This document shows, piece by piece, positions 7,801 through 15,487 of a DNA stretch of 42,682 nucleotides. The position numbers were made by a program, and so were the translations under genes. A model generated the notes under the pieces. That model was given only the letters and a program-made list of their open reading frames with translations. It was not told the origin of the DNA and did not search any database. The number at the start of each line of letters is the position of its first letter. The first letter of the stretch is position 1. Source of the DNA: Acidobacteriota bacterium (lineage in GTDB: Bacteria > Acidobacteriota > Aminicenantia > UBA2199); assembly GCA_028749105.1 (NCBI GenBank), contig JAQUQF010000001.1:1-42682 (forward strand), in the 5' to 3' direction.

Positions 7801-10800
7801 CAGCGCGGCGCTCGGCCTCGCGGCGCAGTAGCCGGCGATCCCGATCCGTCAGGGCTGCTTCTGGCGTGGCGGGCGTCTTGGCCATGGCCTCTTTCAGGTA
7901 ATTTCGCAGCGCCGCAATGTGTCCAAAGAGGTTTCCGCGGCCGTCAATCATCTCTTGTGGCAGCCAGTCCCCGAAATGTCCCACCTCGTGCATGGCCACC
8001 TTGGCGGCCAAAAGCGGGCCCTCGGCCAGGGCTTTCTCGACCTGGGCCTCAAAGAGCATCTTGTAACGCTCCCCGGCCGCGGCGCGCAGCTCTTCGGGGG
8101 TGGCCGTGGCGGGCAGGTTGAGCTTTGCCCATTCCTCGGCGTCTTGGGCCATACGTTCCTTCTCGTCCGGCTGGACCAGGTTGAAAATGCTGGCTTTGAG
8201 TTCAATTTCCCCCGGGGCGCGCAGTCGGAAGAGCCCCAGGACGCCGCGCTGGTTGCCGCGGAAGCGCTCTTTGATCTTCATCCAGCCGCCGCCGGTCAGG
8301 ACGCGGAAGAGCATCCCCACTTCCGGCAGTTCCATCGGGACGACGCTGTAATTGGGATCGTCCGCGATGGGGATCTTCTCGACCGTCCCCGCCTGCCCCA
8401 GGCCGGGCCCCGGCCAGCCGGCGCCGTAGGCGTCCGCATGCTCCTCCCCGCCCGGCCCCACGGTGCCCAGCTCCCTGCGGCCGCCGCGTTTCGGCGCGGC
8501 CGCCGGCTCGAGGTCGCTCATTTCTTTGCGGCCGGCTTCCACTTCCGGGATGAAGGCGGCCATGTCCACGTCTGCGCCGTTCTGGGCCATGAGCGCCACG
8601 TCCAGCTTCCGCTGGAGCACCCCAATCCGCTTCTGATCCCCAAAACTTGAGGGGGCGGTAAGGAATTGTGCATGGCTATTGCTCTTGGTGGTGCGCCGGC
8701 TGATTCGCCCCAGGAGTTGCTGGAAGACGTCCCCCGAGAAATCCATGGAAAGCACCAGCATTGTCCGGGGTTTGTCCCCTACCCGGTCGTCGAGGTTGAC
8801 TCCCGTTCCACCGCTTTTAGCGGTCATGACGGCGACCGGGACCTTGTCCTTCTGGAAAGCGTCAATGGCGGTGGTTTTATCGCCTTTGCCGAATATACTC
8901 GCAAACGGGATCTTGGCGGCCTCGAGCGCCTTGACCAGTTCCGTCGCGCTACCCGGAATGGTGTAATGCTTGCCGACCTGGGCATCCCAGATTTTCGCCA
9001 GCTTGAGTTTGCTCTTGATCATCCAGTCTGAATCTCCCGGCGCCGGTGCCGGCCGCCGCAGGCGTTCAGAGGCGTTGACGGAATCCACCACGATGATCAC
9101 CTTCTGGCCGGCGGCCAGGGCTTCTTTGGTGCGGCGTATGGCTTCCGGGACCTTGTGCGGTTCGGCCAGGTGGGCCATGGCTTGTGTCCGCAGGCCGCTT
9201 AAAATTATCCGGTATTTGCTCCTTGGGGGTAGGCTCCGGATGGCTTGGTCATAATAGGCCAGCATCCGTTGTTCATGCTCGGCCACTTCGCGCGGCATTT
9301 CAACGTTGGTTCTCTCCAGTTTGCCCAGGAATGGATATTCCCGGCGGATCATGGCGCCGTTCTTGATGGCGCCCAGGCGCATAAGGGCCAGGTTTTGCTT
9401 GATACGTGGCCAGTCAAATCCCTGCAAGGGGACGACCACTTCCGTTATTTCGCCAGTTTCGGGATCCTGTTTCTCCTTAATCTCAAATCCCAGCAGGTTT
9501 GCGATGTAATCGGGTTGCAAACCGGTGATCTCGGCCATGAAATAGGCCGCGCCCGTTGGCCGGTCCATCGGCGTTGCGGTGGCAAAGACAATAAACTCCG
9601 CGCTGCGGACCAGTTTCTTGCTGGCTATGGTTTTGCTTGCCAGGGAGTTCTTGAGGTTGTGGCTTTCGTCCATCATTACCACGTCAAACTTCCTCCCGGC
9701 GATTGGATGCGTCGTCGGTTTCACCTGCTCCAGATGCTTGAGTGCGACCGGATTTTCCCCGCTGACTCCTGTATATGTGGCCAGGTAAAACCGATTCAGA
9801 TCAATCTTCAGGCGCTTGGCGTCGTCCAGGAAGCTTCCTTGCAGGATTGATTTTGCCTGGGTCACGATCAGGATCTTGGATTTCCCGCCGCTCTGTTCGT
9901 ATAGTTCGTTGGCGGCTGCCAGCATTTCGGTGGTCTTGCCCAGCCCGACCCCGTCGCCCAATAGATAGCCGCGCTGCTTCTTCTTCGCCCGGGTGAGGAT
10001 GGCGTTGACGCCCAGGCGTTGCTCTTCGCTCATGTCGTATTTCCCGCGGGGGACTATTTCCTCGGGTTGGGGGATGTCGGCCTGGTTGACTACGATCAGG
10101 TCCGTGCGTTCCTTGCCGGGCCCGGGGATAAACTTCTCGCGCGGTTTGGTGTCGTCAGCGGCTTCAATCTTGCCTTGCTTGACCTCTCCCCAGACGGCTA
10201 TCTCGCCGGATTGAATCATATTTCCGGCCAGCTTGGCGATTTCCTCGTATTTGCCCGCAAAGCGTTCACCATAGCGGGCCAGGACCGCCTGGGCGGCCTC
10301 GGGTGTGATCAGCGCCGGCGCCTGGCCGGTTTTCTGAGCGCTTTCAACCGCCGCGGCGGCGACCGCCCGGGCCCCGGCGCGGAGTAACTTTTCTTGTTCT
10401 TGGCTGTAGTCCGCGGGGGCCTCACCGAAGCGCTGGGAGTGGGCGGGCATGCCGAAGGTCAGTTCCGGCCGGTGTGCGCCGGGCTGCGGTAGCTGCATCT
10501 CTTGTCGCAGGCTGCGGCCCAGGGTGGAGACCACGTCCAGCAGAACGTTGTTGTCCAGCGCTTGCCGCCAGGTGGGCAGGTAGCGCTCGAATTGCTCGGG
10601 GGTTACCGCGGCCAGCAGGCTGTTGGCGCCTGTCTGCCGGGCTAGCCGGCGGGCGGTGGCCTGTTGCCGGGTGAGATTGTCCTCCAGCGTGGCTTCCTGG
10701 AGTTCCGCCAGGCAAACGACTTTGCCCGGACTGGTTATGCCGATCATGAGGATGGTATTCTTCGGCCGCTGACCGTAGGCCGCGTTGATCTGTATCACCT

Positions 10801-13800
10801 GCAGTTCGCTGCCTATCTTGGCGCCTAAAAGCGGATGGGGTGTGTCAGGGGTCAGCAGGGGATCCGGGGCGGCGGCCAGGGCTTGATCTTCGATGATTCT
10901 ATAGTTGCCTTCCGGGTCGTAGTATCCGAATTTGCCGTGATCGCCCACCAGGGCGCCTTTCATCCGCGGTCCTATGAGTTGCCGCAGCGCAACCGTCATC
11001 TGTTTGTCTTCGGCGCTGGTGCGCTTCACGTCCCCGCTCGGGTGGTTGTGAAAGGCCATGATTTCAAGGTCAAGCTCTTCGGCCAGTTGTTTGATCGGGA
11101 TGGCGATCTCATCGTAATTCCGGGGCATGTGGACTGCGCCAGGCAGGCGGCTGGTAATGGGTAAGTCCAGCACCACCTGGCCGCTGGCGCGGTCGGATGC
11201 CAGCAGGTGAAAGACCTCTAACCGCGCGCAGCGGGCGGCGCGGACGAGTTGCTGGATGCCGGCCAGGGTGTTGAGTTGGTGGCCGATCAGCGGCGCGACG
11301 CCGTTGAGGGAGAGTTCGTAGGCAATGCCGCGGCCGGTAAGGGTGAGCCGGCGTGGTAGTCCGGGGTGCTGCGGGTCAGATACCCTGCCGCCTGAAACCT
11401 CGCTGATCGCTTCGAGCGCTGTTTTGATGTTGGCGACTTTGTCTTCGCCTGCTCGTTGGGGGTAGTCATTGAAATCCAGCTCCAGTTGTTGATAGTCCTC
11501 GCCGGGTTCGGAATATCTGGTTGGTGCTGCGGTCTTTTCTATCCGGGCGCGGAGTTCCGGGCGTAGGGCCGGACGCTCCCAGATAAAATCTGGCATGTGG
11601 CCGATTTCCGGGAAGGGTTCGGCGCTCCACCCCTTTGCGATGAGATCGGTTACCTCAGGATCCAGGGTAAAGATTTCGGCAGGGGATACACCCCGTTCCA
11701 CGGCCTCTTTATACCATTCCCGGCCGCGCGCGGTTTGCAGACGCTTGATCGCCCAGGCCGTCTTTTCGGTGCTGTAGATGTAGATGAGCCTTTGGTTTTC
11801 ATAGGTGTCCGGCTTTAGGGACGTCATTTCCTCGACCACCTGGGCCGGGAAGGGACTGTAAATATCCGGCTTTTCTAATAGCCTACCCTGGGTTTTGGTG
11901 GCGTCAAGGAATAAATCTGGCTGCGGCGGCGGCAGGACCACCGGGACCTGGCGGGCCAGCCAGCGAGTATGTTTGGCCGTGGCTAGCTGTATCCTGATGC
12001 TGGCTTCCTCTTCCGTGATCCTGCCTTCGTCCAGGGCGGTGATCAGGGCCTTGGCCTTCTGAATCATTGCCCGGCTGGCCAGCCCGGCAGCATCCCCCGT
12101 CGCCGGGCCGGCCAGCTCCATCCCGGCGATCTCCTCGATCTCCTGGCGCGCCTTGGTCTTGGGCTTTTCGGACGGGAATAGTTCCGGCTGGGTGAAAAGC
12201 GCGTTGTATGCCGCCGGGACGTCGCGGACCGTTACCACCGGCGCGCCAAAGGTGTCTTCCGGAAGTTCCTTGCCATACTTTGTAGCCGCTTCGCCCACCT
12301 TGGGCGGGTTGATCAGCGCGTCTAGCTCGTCCAGGGCCGCCTGGCTCAACCCCACCGGCCCCGCCGGCGGCTGTCCTGGCGTGGGCGTTGTCGGGATCCC
12401 GGCCTCGGCCGGCGGCGCCGGCGGCTGTCCTGGCGTGGGCGTTGTCGGGATCCCGGCCGCGGCCGGCGGCGGCTGTCCGGCCGCCAGGGATTCAGGGAAG
12501 CCTTCCATCCCGCGGCTGATATGCTCCAACAAGTCAATCTTGACGGTGCTGGGTGGTTTGCCGGTGAAAAGTTCAAGCTGGTCCTTGCGGACCTGCACGG
12601 CCATTTGTGCATATTTCTCCAAAGCCTCCCGGAGTTGTTTGGCGCTCTTGGCTTGGGTGAGGATCAACGCCAGGCGGCGCTGTTCGGGGCTGGCGTTCTT
12701 GAACATATCGAGCTGCGAAAAGAAGAGCTCCATTGTCGGGAAGGTTCCTTCCGTGACCAGGCGCTTGCCTTCCAGGATGAATGGCATGGTGGCGCTGATC
12801 TCGGGGGCCAGATCAAACTCCGGCCGGGTGGCCTTGAGGCGCGCCAGGACTGGCGTGGCGGCGGTGATACCGCGCAGCATGTCCTTGACCCGGTATTCTC
12901 CGGCGCGTTCCAGGAGCGCCGCGACCGAGTCGTGAACGCCTGGATCATCCCGTAACAGCAGGGCTAGCAGGGCTCGCTGGATCCGGGCCTCGGTCTTCTC
13001 TGGCAAAAGCAGGCCGCGGCTGTCGAAGAGATCGCTGGAGTCGTCTATGCCCGCCAGGAATCCCTCAATAAAGCTCTTATTGCTGGCCGCTGTAATCTCG
13101 CCGCTTTCCGGCAGATTCATGGCCGCCAGTAGGTTCCCGGCGCTGATTACCTCGGCGTCAGCCAGGGATTTCTCGGATTCGGACATCGTCTGCGTTACCG
13201 CGCGGTTGCTTTCTCGCGCGAAGTCCGGCGCGTCGGTGCCGGTGTAACTGCTGATAATGCGCGCCACAAACGGCTTGGTCATACCTGCCGGTGGCGGCCC
13301 GATCTTTACTTTCTGCGCCAGGGCAGCAGAGTAGTCCTTCAATGCCACCTTCCGGGGGTCGTTGTCGTCCAGGGCATAAACGTCCTCCAGGGTGTCCATG
13401 CGCCCGTAACCGGCCACCGGCCGACCTACGGCGGCGTCTATCATCGGCGCGCCGTAGTCGCTGGTGGTGGATTCTCCCAGGCGGTCAGGAGCGAATTCCT
13501 GCAGTCGCCGGCTCCGGCTCATGGTGTAGATCTTCCGCTGGCGGTTGCGTTCCTGCAGCCCGGCGAGTTGGGACGCGTTGATGTTCCGCGCGGCTTTGAC
13601 CTGGGGATCGTCCAAATCCAGCCAGGCGTAATAGCCTTCCGCCACCTTCCCGGGGACCTGCGGCGCTTGCACACGGAAGCCTACCACCCCCGCCGGCGCC
13701 GGCGGGATCCGCACCTGGGGCTTGACCACCGGCGCCAGGGGCGGCACGGCCGGCCCGGCGGCCGGCGGCGTGGCGGCTAAAGCCTGCCGGATCCCCGCCA

Positions 13801-15484
13801 GGGCCGGGTCTGTTCCCGGCAGGGCCGGCAGTAACCCCGTCCCACGCCGGGCTTCGGGCGCAGGGCCCCTGGCGGCCAGGGGTTGCTGTTCGATTCCGAT
13901 CCCGCGCGCGCGGGCCAATTCCGCTTGGGCCGCCTTGTCGCCTTTGCGCGCCCGGGCCGCCAGATCTTTCTGCCGCAATGCTTCCGCGCGTTCGGCGCCT
14001 TGGACTTTCTCGCGCCATTCTTCGCGGAATCGGGCGGCATCTCCCCAGGCTTTGGCCAGTTCTTTGTCTTTGAGATAAAGATCCACCTGCTGCTGGGCCC
14101 GAGCGTCCCCTTGCATGGCCGCTGTTACCCAGGTGTTTGCTGCTTTTGCGTCTAAGCCTTGCTTGATCAACTGGCTGACCGCCTGGCCAGCCAGGACTTG
14201 TTGCACCATATCCGGGAGTTGCATGCCAACGAGTAGAGCAAAGGTGTTGCGGACGTCTTCGCTGGTTACCTCCTGCCCCATGGCTTTCTGCGCGGCAGAG
14301 AGTTCCAGGGTTCTGAGCCCGGCGCCGGCAAGTTGCTTGGCCACCCTTTGGAACGCGCCGCCTTGGGGCGTAAACCATTTCGGCAAGGGCGTTCGCAAGA
14401 GTATTCCCGAGACCGCCGATGCTCCCAGGCCTTGCATATCCCATTGTGGCTTCTCGCCGGCTGTAACCCGCATATCATTGTCAAGCATCTGGTGCTGTAG
14501 GTTGAGGAGTGGCAAGCCTACCCATGGGACGCTGGCAATCAGCGCGTCGCCGCCCAGCGCAAAGCGGGGAATATCCTGGAGCAGAGTGTCCGCCAGGGAG
14601 TTGCCGGTCCCCAGCTCTCCCATCCGTATAGCGGCGTCCTTGACTTCCTGGGGCGTGAACACTTCTTTCCGGCGTTCACCGGTAACGGGGGAATAGTAGG
14701 TTTCCGGGTGCGTGGCCAGCTCAAGACGTTGGGTTACATTCCGGACGGCCTTCCCGGCGACTGATGGCCCGAAAACCCCCAGAAATGGCTTTCCAAGCGC
14801 TTCCCGGAAGAATCCGCCGCCACGGGCGTATTCCCGGGCTTGAACCTCCAGGGGTTTCGGCGGCGGCGGAAATAGCCGTTCCTGGACGCGCTGCAGCACG
14901 GATTTGGGTTGATCGGGAGCCCGTAGAACGGGGCCCTCTTCCGGCTGCATGGCGGCGGCGGTCTCCATCCAGGCTTTGGGATCTGTCGGCTCCGGCGGGA
15001 TCGCCAGGTAAGGCATCAGATCCTGGTCCAGCCGGATTAGCTGCTGGGGTTGGACGAATTCAGCGGCCTTTGTGGAAAATTTCGGCGGCGGCGGGGAGAT
15101 CGCCACCTCCGGCGGCTGGCTGACCCCGACCGGCGGCGGGGCGCCCTGTAAGAGGGTCTCACCTGGCGGCAGCTCGGCCTGCGGCGGAATTGCCCCAGGC
15201 GGCTCAAAGCTAAACCCCGCCGGCAACATCTCCAGCTCAAACCCAGGCGGCAATTCCCCCTGGCCGGCCGGTGGCGCTTCCAGCTCAAACCCAGGCGGCA
15301 AGGCCGCCGGGTCAGCCTGCTGCACCGGTGGCGCCTCCAGCTCAAACCCAGGCGGCAATTCCCCCTGGCCGGCCGGTGGCGCTTCCAGCTCAAACCCAGG
15401 CGGCAAGGCCGCCGGGTCAGCCTGCTGCACCGGTGGCGCCTCCAGCTCAAACCCAGGCGGAAAATCTATCTGATCCCGTTCCAT
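4805..15484 (-). CDS. Giant polyvalent protein, 3,559 aa: PPGFELE repeats, RadC-like JAB, SNF2-family ATPase, HExxH zincin motif, hydrophobic unassigned C-terminal region
   Basis: Single uninterrupted ORF with ATG at 15484. The motifs listed in the sub-features below were read directly from the translation. Confidence 0.92.
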   Translation of the reverse strand: MERDQIDFPPGFELEAPPVQQADPAALPPGFELEAPPAGQGELPPGFELEAPPVQQADPAALPPGFELEAPPAGQGELPPGFELEMLPAGFSFEPPGAIPPQAELPPGETLLQGAPPPVGVSQPPEVAISPPPPKFSTKAAEFVQPQQLIRLDQDLMPYLAIPPEPTDPKAWMETAAAMQPEEGPVLRAPDQPKSVLQRVQERLFPPPPKPLEVQAREYARGGGFFREALGKPFLGVFGPSVAGKAVRNVTQRLELATHPETYYSPVTGERRKEVFTPQEVKDAAIRMGELGTGNSLADTLLQDIPRFALGGDALIASVPWVGLPLLNLQHQMLDNDMRVTAGEKPQWDMQGLGASAVSGILLRTPLPKWFTPQGGAFQRVAKQLAGAGLRTLELSAAQKAMGQEVTSEDVRNTFALLVGMQLPDMVQQVLAGQAVSQLIKQGLDAKAANTWVTAAMQGDARAQQQVDLYLKDKELAKAWGDAARFREEWREKVQGAERAEALRQKDLAARARKGDKAAQAELARARGIGIEQQPLAARGPAPEARRGTGLLPALPGTDPALAGIRQALAATPPAAGPAVPPLAPVVKPQVRIPPAPAGVVGFRVQAPQVPGKVAEGYYAWLDLDDPQVKAARNINASQLAGLQERNRQRKIYTMSRSRRLQEFAPDRLGESTTSDYGAPMIDAAVGRPVAGYGRMDTLEDVYALDDNDPRKVALKDYSAALAQKVKIGPPPAGMTKPFVARIISSYTGTDAPDFARESNRAVTQTMSESEKSLADAEVISAGNLLAAMNLPESGEITAASNKSFIEGFLAGIDDSSDLFDSRGLLLPEKTEARIQRALLALLLRDDPGVHDSVAALLERAGEYRVKDMLRGITAATPVLARLKATRPEFDLAPEISATMPFILEGKRLVTEGTFPTMELFFSQLDMFKNASPEQRRLALILTQAKSAKQLREALEKYAQMAVQVRKDQLELFTGKPPSTVKIDLLEHISRGMEGFPESLAAGQPPPAAAGIPTTPTPGQPPAPPAEAGIPTTPTPGQPPAGPVGLSQAALDELDALINPPKVGEAATKYGKELPEDTFGAPVVTVRDVPAAYNALFTQPELFPSEKPKTKARQEIEEIAGMELAGPATGDAAGLASRAMIQKAKALITALDEGRITEEEASIRIQLATAKHTRWLARQVPVVLPPPQPDLFLDATKTQGRLLEKPDIYSPFPAQVVEEMTSLKPDTYENQRLIYIYSTEKTAWAIKRLQTARGREWYKEAVERGVSPAEIFTLDPEVTDLIAKGWSAEPFPEIGHMPDFIWERPALRPELRARIEKTAAPTRYSEPGEDYQQLELDFNDYPQRAGEDKVANIKTALEAISEVSGGRVSDPQHPGLPRRLTLTGRGIAYELSLNGVAPLIGHQLNTLAGIQQLVRAARCARLEVFHLLASDRASGQVVLDLPITSRLPGAVHMPRNYDEIAIPIKQLAEELDLEIMAFHNHPSGDVKRTSAEDKQMTVALRQLIGPRMKGALVGDHGKFGYYDPEGNYRIIEDQALAAAPDPLLTPDTPHPLLGAKIGSELQVIQINAAYGQRPKNTILMIGITSPGKVVCLAELQEATLEDNLTRQQATARRLARQTGANSLLAAVTPEQFERYLPTWRQALDNNVLLDVVSTLGRSLRQEMQLPQPGAHRPELTFGMPAHSQRFGEAPADYSQEQEKLLRAGARAVAAAAVESAQKTGQAPALITPEAAQAVLARYGERFAGKYEEIAKLAGNMIQSGEIAVWGEVKQGKIEAADDTKPREKFIPGPGKERTDLIVVNQADIPQPEEIVPRGKYDMSEEQRLGVNAILTRAKKKQRGYLLGDGVGLGKTTEMLAAANELYEQSGGKSKILIVTQAKSILQGSFLDDAKRLKIDLNRFYLATYTGVSGENPVALKHLEQVKPTTHPIAGRKFDVVMMDESHNLKNSLASKTIASKKLVRSAEFIVFATATPMDRPTGAAYFMAEITGLQPDYIANLLGFEIKEKQDPETGEITEVVVPLQGFDWPRIKQNLALMRLGAIKNGAMIRREYPFLGKLERTNVEMPREVAEHEQRMLAYYDQAIRSLPPRSKYRIILSGLRTQAMAHLAEPHKVPEAIRRTKEALAAGQKVIIVVDSVNASERLRRPAPAPGDSDWMIKSKLKLAKIWDAQVGKHYTIPGSATELVKALEAAKIPFASIFGKGDKTTAIDAFQKDKVPVAVMTAKSGGTGVNLDDRVGDKPRTMLVLSMDFSGDVFQQLLGRISRRTTKSNSHAQFLTAPSSFGDQKRIGVLQRKLDVALMAQNGADVDMAAFIPEVEAGRKEMSDLEPAAAPKRGGRRELGTVGPGGEEHADAYGAGWPGPGLGQAGTVEKIPIADDPNYSVVPMELPEVGMLFRVLTGGGWMKIKERFRGNQRGVLGLFRLRAPGEIELKASIFNLVQPDEKERMAQDAEEWAKLNLPATATPEELRAAAGERYKMLFEAQVEKALAEGPLLAAKVAMHEVGHFGDWLPQEMIDGRGNLFGHIAALRNYLKEAMAKTPATPEAALTDRDRRLLRREAERRAGKRPPAGQRDAWKKQVSQHYAELVKRETDRRGMITLGQVKAELKNLILWWRGGGEWQPYYDKPEEMYAEAVSALLNNPAAVHKRAPLFTHLFYEYLEQRPALKREYDAIQEKIKAGTAREDWVRNLRADMEAQDQLLVIQSSLAPTRMERQEEFSMKLDRIFRPYQWRLERLPKDQGGPALGALSDYLYRGAPIERFAARVNSEVVAPSEKLGLNRKDRGEYDFLLRVGYEWRDSTGGRMNLANPWLATPKSARERIEELKRNLGPERFAALEASQKKLSEIWQQEVVGQAREFEILDEALQKWLEDNRVYCTFAAVRGRWNETEDSLQQALNNRLGSGVGNKVYRQIGMTGPIANPESATLLKGAALINWMYKERAKWVAIQAMLNSPYQDLFRQAEKQWTGRRLEFIERDDARIGTIYCIHKGELYAWYAPRFLVDQWNRGNSIMTHSLAQGALQVANDVIASGITAKNPWFWFITNFPRDVGAFNFQMPGTWRRWREYVPGTGGAFGEFALSSFRAAHQQYAGRENALAMLALKRGMVISRSEGYWGEGAETDPFIREMKRRGLDPLDSTRDKELFRVMLDWLKHQGEYGQVLERTVKIAGMQHLDKYQPDMPEWEKRITVRMMSGSPDFLEKGSYTPNIRLAVLFYNAIKEGSRSLWRTARNRPAEFAWNSARRVIWPLALRALVFGGLGMWLAGRKKRNESEEMDLSISESDKMNYLCIPLCWVDRKERKVLYYRHVWAEPERVVAALANSALALAGIGPAQDWKQVAGNLASFAGGQLPGINPMTKMLYDGLILAGGGNPMARGRPMLSRDEAREIGPEDAIKVAQMEWNQSLGGLLGRFDTNPDLPTSGIEKFLRIPLVAASLGRRLKVSNVGYKEYLARSSKSAGDQMAENRLEIDKMMATFKRTRRLQDVLTPEVRVKLAEGAYLLQKYPNQPLPPALAIKRHYAANFLESVKKEEIAKLLPLDLRTSLQAPTSAEKYQRLQTVIEDRR
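7900..8300 (-). other. Zincin-like metallopeptidase motif region of the giant protein
   Basis: HEVGH at nt 7976-7990 (aa 2499-2503). A downstream EMYAEAVSALL supplies a possible third-ligand Glu. The fold is not verified. Confidence 0.55.
8670..10030 (-). other. SNF2-family SF2 ATPase/helicase module of the giant protein
   Basis: Motif I GDGVGLGKT (about 9930-9960). Motif II DESHNLKN (9647-9670). Motif III TATP. Motif V SGGTGVNLDD. Motif VI QQLLGRISRR (8693-8722). Confidence 0.85.
10880..11290 (-). other. RadC-like JAB/MPN (JAMM) domain of the giant protein
   Basis: HNHPSGDVKRTSAED (nt 11006-11050, aa 1479-1493) fits H-x-H-x7-S-x2-D, with an upstream Glu in ARLEVFHLL. Confidence 0.75.
12366..12458 (-). 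repeat. Duplicated 39-nt block (54-nt period) encoding GIPTTPTPGQPPA linker repeats inside the giant gene
   Basis: ggcggctgtcctggcgtgggcgttgtcgggatcccggcc occurs at 12366-12404 and again at 12420-12458. Confidence 0.85.
15230..15460 (-). repeat. 105-bp tandem repeat, 2.2 copies, encoding (PPGFELEAPPVQQADPAAL-PPGFELEAPPAGQGEL)n
   Basis: Copies start at 15230, 15335 and 15440 (partial) and look identical by eye. There are six PPGFELE motifs in aa 8-95. Confidence 0.9.
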
Positions 15485-15487
15485 GGC

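Noticed and set aside
4805-15484. The giant protein as a virion RNA polymerase (N4 gp50-like), or as a DarB-like methyltransferase-helicase
   Set aside because: I found no T7-like polymerase motifs (R...K.......YG, catalytic Asp motifs) and no DPPY/NPPY or FxGxG methyltransferase motifs in the translation. Only the size and gene position resemble gp50. A structure-based search is still needed to exclude divergent versions.
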